Shown here: positions 1-10,154 of the stretch, one piece after another
How positions within the stretch are numbered: the first letter of the stretch is position 1
Layout: each line of letters opens with the position of its first letter
Source: a bacterium
GTDB lineage: Bacteria > Actinomycetota > UBA4738 > HRBIN12
Length of the DNA stretch: 52,740 bases
Assembly: GCA_023251895.1 (NCBI GenBank)
Contig: JAHEXX010000001.1
Span: forward strand, 18,965-71,704
Direction of reading: 5' to 3'
Made by a program: the position numbers and the translations under genes
The notes under the pieces: generated by a model
Databases searched by the model: none
What the model was told of the DNA's origin: nothing
Seen by the model: the letters and a program-made list of their open reading frames with translations, nothing else

Positions 1-719
1 CCCACCTGCTCCAGCCACGCGGCGCCAGCCACCAGGAAGCCCGTGCCCGGGGGCCCGAGCAGCCACTTGTAGCCGGGGAGTCCGACGAAATCGCAAACGC
101 GAACTTCCTCCACGATCGAGAGGGCTCCCGCCGTCTGGGCGGCGTCGAGCAGCAGAGCCCATGAGCGATCCGGGAAGCGAGCTCCAAGTTCGGGGACGTT
201 CAGCCGCTGGCCCGTGAGATGGCTAACGTGAGTGGCGACCACCGCCAGCGTTTGCTCGTCGATCGAAGCAGCGAGCGCGTCCACGTTGTCCTGTCCCGGT
301 TCCGGCTTCGGCCACCGGAGCTCCAAGGGGGCACCTAGCCTGCGCGCGTTCACCCACGCGTAGCTGCCCGCAGGGTGGGATTCGTGATGCAGGACCACAT
401 TCGCGGGGGGTCGCCCCTCGCGAGTCCAACGGGCGAGGACAAGGGCGGCAGCGAGGTTCATGGCGTGCGAGGTACCTTCGGCTGCGATCACCTGCAAGGG
501 GTCGCACTGGAAGATGATGGCCAGCAGGTCGGCTGCATCGTCGAACTGGCGCCACTCGCTCTGTTCGTATCGCCAGGCGCGCTCTTCCCAGAGGTCCAGG
601 AACCCTTCGATAGCGGCCCGAACCGGCGTTGCAAGGGGCGCCTGGGCCCCCGCGAAGAAGTACGCCCGCTTTTCGCACAGTGGGAAGTTGGCCCGCAGCT
701 CCTCCCACCACTCGCTCAT
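1..719 (-). CDS. Class V aminotransferase / cysteine desulfurase-like PLP enzyme, N-terminal part only (C-terminus runs off the left edge)
   Basis: Own minus-strand translation from the ATG at 719-717: MSEWWEELRANFPLCEKRAYFFAGAQAPL...VATHVSHLTGQRLNV...LLLDAAQTAG...GYKWLLGPPGTGFL. These are class V fold landmarks. The frame is open to position 1, so it is absent from the ORF track. Confidence 0.75.
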   Translation of the reverse strand, partial: MSEWWEELRANFPLCEKRAYFFAGAQAPLATPVRAAIEGFLDLWEERAWRYEQSEWRQFDDAADLLAIIFQCDPLQVIAAEGTSHAMNLAAALVLARWTREGRPPANVVLHHESHPAGSYAWVNARRLGAPLELRWPKPEPGQDNVDALAASIDEQTLAVVATHVSHLTGQRLNVPELGARFPDRSWALLLDAAQTAGALSIVEEVRVCDFVGLPGYKWLLGPPGTGFLVAGAAWLEQV

Positions 720-1023
720 ACAAACCCCCTAGGTCGTCCCCGGTCGCGTGGAGGCCGTCCGCGCGCCTCCGAGTCCGGTCCGAGTATCCGAAGACAGACA
801 CATTAGTCGGATTGACTCAAGGAGGGGCACGGCCAAACTGGCACCCTCGCCGAGGGAGGTCTCGGCGAGCGGGCAGTGGGGTGACCTGGACGATCGGAAG
901 TCCGGGGACGGTCTCCTTAACCGGCCGGATTGGCCTCTCCTTGCGGAAACGGGCGTTCTGCGAACAGACTTGCTAACGACTTCGGTTCGTTCCAACCGGC
1001 AGACATCGGGAGATTCCAGGACC

Positions 1024-1111
1024 GAGCACCGGATCGCCTTTAGCGGAGCTAACCCTTGGTGCGAGAGGGGGGATTCGAACCCCCACGCCCTTTCGGGCAC
1101 CGGATCCTAAG
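1024..1111. repeat. Left copy of the 88-bp direct repeat (att-like); 1057-1111 is an orphan 3' fragment of tRNA-Leu (minus strand)
   Basis: Base-for-base identical to 26356-26443 (offset 25,332 bp). Identity ends at 1023/26355 and at 1112/26444. No tRNA 5' half follows this copy. Confidence 0.9.
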
Positions 1112-1389
1112 AGCGATTTCGATCGTCCGGAACCGTCCTCCTAAACGCGTCTCAGTGCGAATGCACGCAGTTGAAGGACTTGATTCGTTCGAACGGTCCG
1201 GTGCCATCCGGCCTCATCCGGCGGGGTGGAGTAGCGAGTGGTTAGCAGCGGTTGGACCGTGGGGCAGTTTGTCTTCCCTACCCTGGAGTCGTGGCGACGC
1301 CGGGGAGGTCCCATACCAAGGATCGGTGTACCTGCGATCGACCTCTCGCCAGACGCGAGGTCCACCACGGGCTACCGTTCTCCAACACC

Positions 1390-1433
1390 ACGAGGGTCGC
1401 AGCGGTGTGGAATACGAGGTTCGCAGCAGTGTG
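1390..1433. repeat. Tandem 20-bp direct repeat (ACGAGGGTCGCAGCGGTGTG / ACGAGGTTCGCAGCAGTGTG) with a 4-bp spacer
   Basis: 18/20 identical units at 1390-1409 and 1414-1433, in a 580-bp non-coding stretch about 280 bp inside the left att-like repeat. Confidence 0.6.
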
Positions 1434-1617
1434 AAGCACTGCGCTCCCCTTGACGAACGGGCGGCTGCCGCGGCACCCCGGCCGTACCGTGGCAGCCATG
1501 ACGTGGTCCCGTGACTGCCAGGACAAATGGGGGCCCCATTGGACCGGGCAAGCTCACCGGCCTGACAGGCGGGAGCCGGGCCTAAGCTGGCATCCGCACG
1601 GCGAGCGACGCGAGAAC

Positions 1618-1647
1618 TTGACAATCTCACGATCGAAGCAGTAAATG
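1618..1647 (+). promoter_or_regulatory. Candidate sigma-70-type promoter for the GS-like gene
   Basis: TTGACA (1618-1623), an 18-nt spacer, then TAAATG (1642-1647), about 50-90 nt upstream of the candidate starts. Confidence 0.4.
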
Positions 1648-1694
1648 CACTCCAGAGGCCATCTCGCCGAGACTGGTCGCCTGCGAGTTCTGGG

Positions 1695-3275
1695 ATGACC
1701 AGAAACGGCGGAAGCCAGGGAGGAGAGGAGGTCGACGTGCCGATCGAACTCGACGACATCAGCGTTGGGAAGGTCGACTTCATCGAGAAGTACGACCTTT
1801 GGACCGATGAGCAGAAGCAGGCGGCAGGGAGGGTCAACGAGCTGGTCAAGGGGGGGGACTTCCGGACCGTCCGCGTCTCGTGGCCGGACCAGCACGGCAT
1901 CCTGCGCGGCAAGACCCTGACCAGCAACGCCTTTCTTCACGCAATGAGGAACGGCCAGGACATGCAGACCGCCGTGCTGATCATGGACACCGTCAACAGG
2001 ATCATCTTCCCGCTGTTCCGCACAGGTGGTGGCTTCGGCATTCCGGAGATGTCCGGGTACCCGGACATGATCCTCGTCCCCGATCCGCTGTCGTTCCGCG
2101 AGTTGCCGTGGGCGCCTGGCACCGGGTGGTGCCTGTCGGACGCGTACTTCCAGAACGGCAAGCCGGTTCCCTTCTCGAGCCGGTACGTCATGCGCCAGTG
2201 GCTGCAGAAACTCGCCCAGGAGGGGTACGAGTACGTCTCTGGGCTGGAGGTCGAGTGGTACATCACCAAGCTCGAGGATCCCATGCTGCTGCCCGAGCAG
2301 TCCGGGTGGCCGCCCGAGCCACCGAAGGTGCGCGCCGTCGCCCACGGCTTCCAGTACCTGACCGAGACGCGCCAGGACGAGATTGACGACATCCTCTCAA
2401 TCCTCGAGAGGCAGCTGGGGGACGTCGGCCTACCTCTGCGCACGATGGAGGACGAGTGGGGCCCGGGGCAGTGCGAGTTCACGTTCGACCCGCGGAAGGG
2501 CATGGAGTCTGCCGACAACATGGTCCTGTTCCGCACGGCCGCGAAGCAGATCTGCCGCCGGAACGGGTACCACGCTACCTTCATGTGCAGGCCGAACCTC
2601 GAGAACTTCTTCTCGAGCGGCTGGCACCTGCACGAGTCCCTCCGCGCCATCGAGACCCAGGACAACGCCTTCACCAACCGGACCGAGGATGGGGAGTGGG
2701 GTACCGGGGAATGGCTGTCGGAGGTCGGCAGGTACTTCACCGGGGGGCTTCTCCAGCACGCCGCTGCACAATGCGTGTTCTCCACGCCGTCGATCAACGG
2801 GTACAAGCGGTTCAGGCCGGAGTCTTTCGCCCCGGACAAGATCACCTGGGCGTTGGAGAACCGCGCTGCATACATCAGGGTGTGCAGCAACGGGCCCGGC
2901 GACGAGGCGGCGCACATCGAGAATCGCGCCGGTGAGCCCTCCGCGAACCCGTACCTCTACATGGCGTCCCAGATCATCGCCGGGCTCGACGGCATCCACA
3001 ACAAGATCGACCCCGGACCGATGGACGAGGAGCCCTACGTCGTGGACAAGCCGCTCCTGCCCCGGAGCCTCATGGACGCGCTGGAGGCGCTGAAGAAGGA
3101 CACCGTGTTCCGGGAGGCGCTCGGCGAGCCCTTCATGGAGTTCATCACCGCGTGCAAGGACTCGGAGATCGGGGCCTACCTCGCTTCCGTGACCGGAGAG
3201 GACGGGGTCGTCCAGGAGGACCACCTCACCAACGTGACCCCGTGGGAGCACCAGGAGTACTTCGAGGTGTACTGA
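1695..3275 (+). CDS. Glutamine synthetase family protein (GS-like ATP-dependent gamma-glutamyl ligase; substrate unknown)
   Basis: Motifs: WPDQHGILRGK, CEFTF, GWHLHESL, NRAAYIR, HIENRAGEPSANPYL (GS catalytic-domain pattern). The in-frame GTG at 1737 has a better SD (GGAGG, then 5 nt) and may be the true start. Confidence 0.85.
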   Translation: MTRNGGSQGGEEVDVPIELDDISVGKVDFIEKYDLWTDEQKQAAGRVNELVKGGDFRTVRVSWPDQHGILRGKTLTSNAFLHAMRNGQDMQTAVLIMDTVNRIIFPLFRTGGGFGIPEMSGYPDMILVPDPLSFRELPWAPGTGWCLSDAYFQNGKPVPFSSRYVMRQWLQKLAQEGYEYVSGLEVEWYITKLEDPMLLPEQSGWPPEPPKVRAVAHGFQYLTETRQDEIDDILSILERQLGDVGLPLRTMEDEWGPGQCEFTFDPRKGMESADNMVLFRTAAKQICRRNGYHATFMCRPNLENFFSSGWHLHESLRAIETQDNAFTNRTEDGEWGTGEWLSEVGRYFTGGLLQHAAAQCVFSTPSINGYKRFRPESFAPDKITWALENRAAYIRVCSNGPGDEAAHIENRAGEPSANPYLYMASQIIAGLDGIHNKIDPGPMDEEPYVVDKPLLPRSLMDALEALKKDTVFREALGEPFMEFITACKDSEIGAYLASVTGEDGVVQEDHLTNVTPWEHQEYFEVY

Positions 3276-3334
3276 TCCGCGGCATTGGTCCGGACGGTAA
3301 GGGCGATCATCGTCCGAGGAAGGGAGGAACGAAG

Positions 3335-3952
3335 ATGGCGCAGGGAGAGGTCGCACCCCAGGGGACGGCATCCATGGAAAACACGCCCGAGGTGACGACG
3401 AAGCCGCGAGTTCCGTTCTGGCTGGCCGTCGCCATCTCGGTGATCTTGACTTTCCCGGCGGCCCTCTACTTCGGCCGGTTCGCCATGCCATTGTGGGCGG
3501 TCTTCGTCGTGTGGGCCGAATACTTCGTGCTCGGGGCCAAGCCCGAGGCCCTGAAGGTCATGTTCCCGAACTTCATCTATGGTTCGCTGGGCGTGACCGT
3601 CGGAACGCTGCTTTATGTCTGGATCCAATCCTGGGGCCTGATCGACGACCCGAAGACGAACACGTTGTTCTCCCTGTGCGTCGCGTACTTCGTCCTCTTC
3701 TGCGTCCTGCTGAAGTCGATGGAGTTCGGCTGGTCGTTCGCGAGCACGGGCCTTCCCCTCTTCAACGGGGTGGCCCTGACGCTGGGCGTCTTCTTCACCG
3801 GGACGTACTGGCACCTGTTTGCAACAACGGACCTGTACGTCATAGCCTTGCTGTCCTCGCTCACCGCGATCGCCGCCGGGATCATGGGCGGGGTCGTGGG
3901 ATGGTTCAACATGCTCATTACGTTCCCAAGGACAGTGAGCAAGGGGGTCTGA
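3335..3952 (+). CDS. Integral membrane protein (DUF1097-like)
   Basis: ATG at 3335 is preceded by GGAAGGGAGGAACGAAG. The product has multiple hydrophobic helices (FWLAVAISVILTF, LWAVFVVWAEYFVLG, LFSLCVAYFVLFCVLL, IALLSSLTAIAAGIMGG). The family name is recalled, not verified. Confidence 0.6.
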   Translation: MAQGEVAPQGTASMENTPEVTTKPRVPFWLAVAISVILTFPAALYFGRFAMPLWAVFVVWAEYFVLGAKPEALKVMFPNFIYGSLGVTVGTLLYVWIQSWGLIDDPKTNTLFSLCVAYFVLFCVLLKSMEFGWSFASTGLPLFNGVALTLGVFFTGTYWHLFATTDLYVIALLSSLTAIAAGIMGGVVGWFNMLITFPRTVSKGV

Positions 3953-4067
3953 ACCAGGCCGTGGCATGAGGAACGGCGCGAGGCCGCACCGATTCCCCCG
4001 ATGAGTGGGAGCGGTCTCGGGTCCGAGCCCAACGGCGACGGCACCGACAGGGCCACGGAGGCGCGAC

Positions 4068-4646
4068 GTGAGCGAGAGATCCGATGGCGAGAAGAACGAT
4101 TTCATGGGGACGAAGCCAACTCCCATGTCGGCACGAGAGATGAACGAGTTCCTCCAGAAGCCCTGGATCGCCAAGATCGCCTGCCTGACCCCGGACGGCT
4201 CGCCCTACATCGCCGCCAGCTGGTACCACTGGGACGGCGTGGCGTTCTGGGTGGTGCCCCGGGCACGGTCCGAGTGGGCCCATTACCTGGCTCGCGATCC
4301 GCGAGTGCACCTCCTGATCGACGACCCCAACCCTCCGCTCTCCAAGGTCCTCTGCGAGGGGACCGCGGTGATCGTTGAGGCGGCGGTCGGCCCCTATCTC
4401 GACACCGGGGAGATGTCGATCTGGAACAAGATCGGCACCAACGACACGGGGCCGCGCTACCTCGGGGAGCGCTCGAATGAATACCGGGGTCCCAAGAACG
4501 TCGAGCCGTGCTGGACCATCAAGATCGTCCCGAGGAAGATCACGACGGTGAAGTACGGCTTCCAGTGGGCGTCGCGGTACAAGCATCCGGAGCTGATCCC
4601 GGAGGATGAGGGTAGGGCAGAGGTTCAGCCCGTCTACTATGGGTAG
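4068..4646 (+). CDS. Pyridoxamine 5'-phosphate oxidase family (FMN/F420-binding split-barrel) protein
   Basis: WIAKIACLTPDGSPYIAASWYHWDGVAFWVVPRARSEWAHYLARDPRV is a typical PPOX-fold N-terminus. The GTG at 4068 is preceded by ACGGAGG; an alternative ATG lies at 4101. Confidence 0.65.
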   Translation: MSERSDGEKNDFMGTKPTPMSAREMNEFLQKPWIAKIACLTPDGSPYIAASWYHWDGVAFWVVPRARSEWAHYLARDPRVHLLIDDPNPPLSKVLCEGTAVIVEAAVGPYLDTGEMSIWNKIGTNDTGPRYLGERSNEYRGPKNVEPCWTIKIVPRKITTVKYGFQWASRYKHPELIPEDEGRAEVQPVYYG

Positions 4647-4688
4647 CGGCCATACGTCTCGGGGACGGCCCGCCAGAGCCGAGGCTCC

Positions 4689-5603
4689 ATGAAGATTCCG
4701 ACTGCGATCGTCGGTTCGGGCAATATCGGAACCGACCTTATGTACAAGCTTCTCCGTTCCCCGGTCCTGCAACCGGATGCACTTGTGGGTATCGATTCAG
4801 AGAGCGACGGGCTCAGCCGCGCTCGCGAGCTCGGTGTCGAGGCGACGCACGAAGGTGTCGATTGGCTCCTGTCCAGGGCCGACCGTTTCCGGCTTGTTTT
4901 CGAGGCGACATCCGCGAAGGTGCACGCCCGCCACGCTGCGCTGATCAAGGACGCCGGACTCATCGCGATAGATCTTACGCCCGCGGCGATCGGCCCCGCG
5001 GTGGTACCCCCTGTGAACCTCGAGGAGCACTTGAACGAGCCGAACGTCAACCTGATTACCTGTGGCGGACAGGCAACGATCCCGATCGTCGCGGCCGTCA
5101 CGCGCGTCTGTGCGGTCCCCTACGCCGAGATCGTCTCCGCGGTGGCATCGCGTTCCGCCGGTCCCGGCACTCGGCAGAACATCGACGAGTTCACGCGAAC
5201 GACGGCGAGGGGGCTCGAGACGATCGGCCGTGCTGGGCGCGGAAAGGCCATCATCATCCTCAACCCGGCGGAGCCCCCACTCATCATGCGCAACACGGTC
5301 TACTGCGCGTTGCCCGAGGGGTTCGACGCCGAGAAGGTAGTCGTCTCGATCGAAGAGATGGTCGCCGAGGTGGCGACCTATGTACCCGGCTATCGACTGA
5401 AGAGCCCTCCGATCATCGACGAAGGTCCGTTCAACACCACGGGAGGAATCGCTGCAGCTCGGGTGATGACGCTGCTCGAAGTCGAGGGCGCCGGCGACTA
5501 TCTGCCGCCATACGCTGGGAACCTGGACATCATGACGTCGGCGGCGGCCCGTGTGGGAGAGACGCTCGCGCGCATGCGTCTGGGAGCGGAAGCGCGGGCA
5601 TGA
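4689..5603 (+). CDS. Acetaldehyde dehydrogenase (acetylating), DmpF/MhpF type
   Basis: N-terminus [24 protein letters not shown], length 304 aa, and an ATGA overlap with the aldolase partner gene. Confidence 0.9.
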   Translation: MKIPTAIVGSGNIGTDLMYKLLRSPVLQPDALVGIDSESDGLSRARELGVEATHEGVDWLLSRADRFRLVFEATSAKVHARHAALIKDAGLIAIDLTPAAIGPAVVPPVNLEEHLNEPNVNLITCGGQATIPIVAAVTRVCAVPYAEIVSAVASRSAGPGTRQNIDEFTRTTARGLETIGRAGRGKAIIILNPAEPPLIMRNTVYCALPEGFDAEKVVVSIEEMVAEVATYVPGYRLKSPPIIDEGPFNTTGGIAAARVMTLLEVEGAGDYLPPYAGNLDIMTSAAARVGETLARMRLGAEARA

Positions 5604-6616
5604 CACGTTCTTTCCGGCTCCTCGACAGCACCCTCCGCGACGGCTCGCACGCCGTTTCCCACAGCTTCACTCCGGAGCAGGCGCGGACGGTCGCGCGTGC
5701 ACTCGACGACGCGGGGGTCCCGGTCATCGAGATCGCGCACGGCGACGGTCTCGGCGGCTCGTCATTCAACTTCGGCTTCTCGCTCCACGACGACCGGGAC
5801 TTGATGCGAGCCGCCGCCGGCGAGGTGAAGAACGCGAAGCTCGCCGTGGTGCTTATGCCCGGGATCGGGGTGGCCGACGATCTGCACGAGGTGCGAGAGA
5901 TCGGCGTCACGGTCGCCCGCATCGCCACGCACTGCACCGAGGCGGACATCGCGGAGCAGCATATCGGTCTGGCGAGAGATCTGGGGATGGAAGCGATCGG
6001 ATTCCTCATGATGAGCCACATGAACGAGCCGGCCCCGCTCGCCGAGCAAGCGCGACTGATGGAGTCGTACGGCGCTCAGTGCGTGTACGTCGCGGATTCG
6101 GCGGGTTCCATGACTATGCCCGAGGTGCGCGCGCGTGTCGTTGCCGTGCGCGAGGCCGTTTCCTGCGACATCGGCTTCCACGGGCATCACAACCTGTCGT
6201 TGGCGGTCGCTAACTCCCTCGTCGCGATCGAAGAAGGAGCGACACACATCGACGGGTGCCTCTGCGGGCTCGGGGCAGGATCGGGGAACTGTCCGACGGA
6301 GATCCTCATCGCCGTTGCCGAGAAATTCGGCCTGTCGACCGGCGTCGATCTCTTCCGCATCATGGACGCCGCCGAGGAGGTCGTCCGGCCGCTCATGCGG
6401 CGGGCGCAGATCGTCGACCGGTCGGCCCTGCTCCTCGGGTATGCCGGTGTCACCTCCTCCTATCTGCTCCACGCCCAGCGGGCGTCCGCGCGATTCGGCG
6501 TCGATACGAAGGACATCTTGGTCGAACTCGGACGACGGAAGGTGGTGAGCGGGCAGGAAGACATGATCGTCGACGTCGCAGTATCGCTCGCCGGAAGGGC
6601 CGCTACCGTTACGTGA
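5600..6616 (+). CDS. dmpG: 4-hydroxy-2-oxovalerate aldolase, DmpG/MhpE type
   Basis: Starts [19 protein letters not shown] (the DRE-TIM aldolase signature LRDG). The ATG at 5600 overlaps the upstream TGA. The 584-aa form in the ORF track is an out-of-context upstream extension. Confidence 0.9.
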   Translation: MTRSFRLLDSTLRDGSHAVSHSFTPEQARTVARALDDAGVPVIEIAHGDGLGGSSFNFGFSLHDDRDLMRAAAGEVKNAKLAVVLMPGIGVADDLHEVREIGVTVARIATHCTEADIAEQHIGLARDLGMEAIGFLMMSHMNEPAPLAEQARLMESYGAQCVYVADSAGSMTMPEVRARVVAVREAVSCDIGFHGHHNLSLAVANSLVAIEEGATHIDGCLCGLGAGSGNCPTEILIAVAEKFGLSTGVDLFRIMDAAEEVVRPLMRRAQIVDRSALLLGYAGVTSSYLLHAQRASARFGVDTKDILVELGRRKVVSGQEDMIVDVAVSLAGRAATVT

Positions 6617-6682
6617 GGCGAGTGTTTCGCGTCGCGTTTCAAAGCGTTCTCGGAGTGGCCCGAGACGGATCATGAGGGAGCC

Positions 6683-7771
6683 GTGATCGACAACCACTGT
6701 CATCCGTTCTCGCTGGACGGCGAGCCGCTCGACCTGTCCGCGCTCTCCCTGGACGTGGGGCAGGAGCCCGACGCCGACGAGCGACGCCGCCGCATGGGGC
6801 CGGGGCGTGTGGCCGTGGAACTCCTCACTGCGCGCCTCGCGGCGAGGCTGGGCTGCGAGCCCGACGAGTTGGGCGCGGCCAGGGCGCGGGCAGCCGTGGA
6901 CTGGGAGGCGTACGTCTCGGGGCTGTTTGCGGATGTGGGGATCACGGCGTTGGTCATGGACCCCGCGTGGCCGGCCGGCGCCGCCGAGCACCTGGAGGAC
7001 TACGCGACCGTTTCCCACTGCTCAATCCATCCGATCCTGCGAATCGAGCCGATCGTCGATCAGGCGATCGGTGAGGGAGCGGGCGCCGAGGAGATTGTCC
7101 GCACTGTGCTCGATGCCATGGCGGACGCGGTCTCCCGCGGCTTCGTCGCCTTCAAGACCATCGTGGCGTACCGGACCGGCCTGGACGTCGACCCGCAGGC
7201 GACGCTACGGGACGCCCAGAGTTCGCTCTTACAGGACCTTCCGGTGGCCCGGCGCGGGAAGGCCCTCCGCGACCTGATCTTCCGCCGCGCCCTGGGCGTC
7301 GCGGCCGATCTGGGGCGTCCGTTCCAGGTCCACACTGGGATCGGGGACTCGGAGATCCGACTGCGCGAGGCAAACCCACTGCTTCTCGAGGAGCTTCTCC
7401 GCACCCCGGAGGGCTCCGCCGTGCCGATCGTGCTCATACACGGCTCGTACCCGTGGCACGACGAGCAGGCCTACCTCGCCGCAACGAAGCCGAACGTGTG
7501 GGCCGATATCTCGCTGTTCACCATCTTCTCCCCGGTCACCGTTGGTGACCGGCTGCTCCGTATCCTGGATCTCGCTCCGGCCGCCAAGATCCTTGCGGCG
7601 ACGGACGGCTACCAACAGCCCGAACTCTTCTGGTTCGGAGCCCACGTACTCGCCGAGGGGTGGGACGAGGCGGCGAAGCGGCTCGCCGCGGCCGGCGCCC
7701 GGAGCGGGTGGCTCCGGGACGTGAACCAGGCGTTCTTCGAGGGCAACGCCCGGACGCTATACGGCATCTGA
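6683..7771 (+). CDS. Amidohydrolase family protein (Amidohydro_2-like metal-dependent hydrolase/decarboxylase)
   Basis: N-terminal DNHCHP (HxH metal motif), later QVHTG and IHGSYPW. The GTG start is preceded by GAGGGAG. Confidence 0.75.
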   Translation: MIDNHCHPFSLDGEPLDLSALSLDVGQEPDADERRRRMGPGRVAVELLTARLAARLGCEPDELGAARARAAVDWEAYVSGLFADVGITALVMDPAWPAGAAEHLEDYATVSHCSIHPILRIEPIVDQAIGEGAGAEEIVRTVLDAMADAVSRGFVAFKTIVAYRTGLDVDPQATLRDAQSSLLQDLPVARRGKALRDLIFRRALGVAADLGRPFQVHTGIGDSEIRLREANPLLLEELLRTPEGSAVPIVLIHGSYPWHDEQAYLAATKPNVWADISLFTIFSPVTVGDRLLRILDLAPAAKILAATDGYQQPELFWFGAHVLAEGWDEAAKRLAAAGARSGWLRDVNQAFFEGNARTLYGI

Positions 7772-8409
7772 GCAGCGCGGACCGCCGACGCGCGTCAGCG
7801 TCCATGGCAGCCCCTGGCGCCCGGCCACCTGCTCACCGTCGAGCGGAACAGCAGCATCGCACTGCGCCGGGCCCCCACGCGTCCTCGATGGTCCGCAAGG
7901 GCGGACACGGGTTCCAAGTACCTCACGGAAAGCCGCAACGACGAGATCGGACGAGATCCTGGACATCCTCCGGGGGAACCTCCGCGAGTGGGCCTCGATC
8001 GCCGACACCTTGGGCTCCTCGGGCCCTACCCGTTGGCGGCCTCCTCCGGCTGCTCATTCCAGCCGCTATTTCTGGGCGAACCTGACCTTGCCGACGCTGA
8101 TGGCCTCGAGCCAAGCGCCCATCCCGCCCTCCTTCCTTGACGGGTCTCCAGCTCGTTGCCCAGACCGGATCTGAAGGGACCGCTGATCCAGTCCTGCCAA
8201 GTTCCCACAGACCTGGGAGAACGAGAACGGCAAGTTCTGTGCCGCACCGACCGCGCGCATGACAGGCAGGACGCCCCGAGCGTCCCCGTTCAAAGCGGAC
8301 CGCGACGGTCTGGAATGAGGGACAGGGGGCACGGGACTTGTCGCGTCGGGTCTCGCTCCGGGAGTCCGAGGCCGGGGATGGCGTGCTGGGGGCCTAGCAG
8401 CGGGCGGGC

Positions 8410-8733
8410 CTACTCGCCCACGACCGCCGACGATCTGACGTCGTAGTCGACGACGATCTCCTCCGAGCCGCGGGCGTGCACCCAGTCCGCGAACGCGCGG
8501 TGGGCCGGATGCGGGAAGTACCGCTCCGCGGCCTCCTGGTTCCCGAACTCGATGAGGAGCGCGTAGTCGTACCCGCGGGATCGCCCGCTCACATCCCGTC
8601 CGAAGCGCAGCCTGGAGAACCCGCCGATCGCCTCTGGCCACCGCTGGACCTGGGCGAACATCTCCAGCTCCTCGTCCTCGGTCAGCTGTCGAGGGAAATG
8701 GAACAAGACCAGATGCTGAATCGACTCCGCCAT
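8410..8733 (-). CDS. Dabb family (stress-responsive alpha/beta barrel) protein
   Basis: MAESIQHLVLFHFPRQLTEDE...YDYALLIEFGNQEAAERYFPHPAHRAF matches the Dabb pattern. It lies 13 nt downstream of the amidotransferase-like gene on the same strand. Confidence 0.75.
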   Translation of the reverse strand: MAESIQHLVLFHFPRQLTEDEELEMFAQVQRWPEAIGGFSRLRFGRDVSGRSRGYDYALLIEFGNQEAAERYFPHPAHRAFADWVHARGSEEIVVDYDVRSSAVVGE

Positions 8734-8746
8734 CCCGGCACTCTCC

Positions 8747-9466
8747 TCAACGCTCGATCCGAGCCGGCGCGGCGACGGCGGCTCGGCCCGGGTCGAGCTC
8801 CGCGACGTCTACCACGTGGATACGCTCCGTCGCCTCCTGGAACACGAGATCGAACAGGCTGTCGTCCCGCGAGTGCAGCTCCGTCGCGGCCATGTCGCCG
8901 TCATCGATCCCGAACCGCCAGACGAGGTTCGCACGGTGGCCGAACCGGACGAGGAGCCGGCCGTCCGCTCCCAGGTATCCAAGGTTCGCGCTGCCCCCCA
9001 GCCGGTCAACGACTTCGTGCAGGGCGGCCGGAACATCCGGGGAATGAGGGAGCAGCTCCTCGAACAGCCGGAAGGCGATCTCGCTGTCAGCGCTCCCATG
9101 GAGCCGGCCCGCGAAACCGGGTCGGTACCGCTCATGCCGGTGGAAGGAGCCGTTGTGGCAGAACGCGAACCGGCCTTCCCCTTGCAGGAAGGGTTGCGTG
9201 TCGGCGAGCTGCGTCGTCGAGAGCCGCGAAGGCCTGCGAAGGTGAACCAGGAACCGCGTGGAAACGACCGATGCGAGCTCGAGCCGTCCCCTGCGATCCC
9301 CCGCGACCGCCCCGGCGCACCGATATGCTTCGACGAATCCGCCAGAGAGCCAGGCGACCCCCCACCCGAACCCGGCCACGCCAAGCCGTTCCATCTTCCG
9401 AACGTACGGGAGCAGGAGCGCGAACGGTCGCGGCTCCGGCCACGCAGCCGCGAGGATCTCACACAT
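8747..9466 (-). CDS. Class II (Ntn) glutamine amidotransferase-like amidohydrolase (YafJ/EgtC type)
   Basis: Mature N-terminus MCEILAAAW, with the nucleophilic Cys directly after Met. The ATG at 9466 overlaps the asnC-like stop by 8 nt. Confidence 0.8.
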   Translation of the reverse strand: MCEILAAAWPEPRPFALLLPYVRKMERLGVAGFGWGVAWLSGGFVEAYRCAGAVAGDRRGRLELASVVSTRFLVHLRRPSRLSTTQLADTQPFLQGEGRFAFCHNGSFHRHERYRPGFAGRLHGSADSEIAFRLFEELLPHSPDVPAALHEVVDRLGGSANLGYLGADGRLLVRFGHRANLVWRFGIDDGDMAATELHSRDDSLFDLVFQEATERIHVVDVAELDPGRAAVAAPARIER

Positions 9467-10019
9467 GGCGTTTCCCCCCCCAGGACTCTGGTTGCCCGTC
9501 TGCGAGGAGCGCGTCAATCAGGAGCACGTCGAACGCCTTGGGCGTCATCTCCCCCAGGCTGACGAACGTCTCCGTCCGATCGACGCCCGGGACGGTCCAG
9601 ATCCGTTCGAACAGCACGTCTCGGAGGTGAGCGGTGTCTCGCAGGCGAAGCCGGACGAGCAGGTCCTTCGGCCCCGTCACCAGGTGGACATCCTCAACCT
9701 CTGGCGTCTCTCGGAGGCGCTCCACCACCTGCAACTGGTCGGTCCCCTGGACAGCGACGACGCCGACGTAGACCACGAGAGGCGAGCCCAGCATCGAACG
9801 GTCTATCTCGGCGCGATAGCCGCGGATCACCCCCAGCCGCTCCAGCCGTGCGACGCGGTCGGTGATGGCAGGCGGCGACATCCCCAACTCGCGGGCGAGC
9901 CGGCGCAACGAGATCCGAGCGTCTATCGCGAGCAGACGCAGGATGGCCAAGTCTGTGGCATCAAGCGCACGGCGGCCGCGGCCCTCCGCGTTTGCCGCGC
10001 TACCCGTCTGCTCACTCAT
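9459..10019 (-). CDS. AsnC/Lrp family transcriptional regulator
   Basis: LDATDLAILRLLAIDARISLRRLARELGMSPPAITDRVARLERLGVIRGY (HTH) followed by an RAM-like domain. It is divergent from the aminotransferase across an AT-rich 135-bp gap. Confidence 0.85.
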   Translation of the reverse strand: MSEQTGSAANAEGRGRRALDATDLAILRLLAIDARISLRRLARELGMSPPAITDRVARLERLGVIRGYRAEIDRSMLGSPLVVYVGVVAVQGTDQLQVVERLRETPEVEDVHLVTGPKDLLVRLRLRDTAHLRDVLFERIWTVPGVDRTETFVSLGEMTPKAFDVLLIDALLADGQPESWGGKRHV

Positions 10020-10154
10020 TTAGCAGGATTCCGCCCCGATTTCGATGTCAATCGCTGCGACTGTGGGGGTGAGGGAGACGCATTTCATCTACTACGTATA
10101 TCGATTAGGTTACACTTTTCAAGTTAGCCTGTCGATGACCCGGAGGCAAACGTC

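Noticed and set aside
1112-1694. Possible riboswitch or ncRNA in the 580-bp leader region before the GS-like gene.
   Set aside because: I could not recognise any known riboswitch core or a convincing conserved structure by eye. Only the 20-bp direct repeats and a promoter-like element are supportable. This needs a covariance-model scan to settle.
4862-5599. Upstream part of the 584-aa ORF that contains the aldolase.
   Set aside because: It lies in an alternative frame of the acetaldehyde dehydrogenase gene. The aldolase begins at the ATGA overlap (5600) with the canonical [16 protein letters not shown]-terminus.
8066-8641. 191-aa minus-strand ORF overlapping the Dabb gene region.
   Set aside because: It lies in an alternative frame of the Dabb gene for its upper half and is Arg/Pro/Gly-rich. 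Only its last 18 codons follow an SD, which is too short to call.
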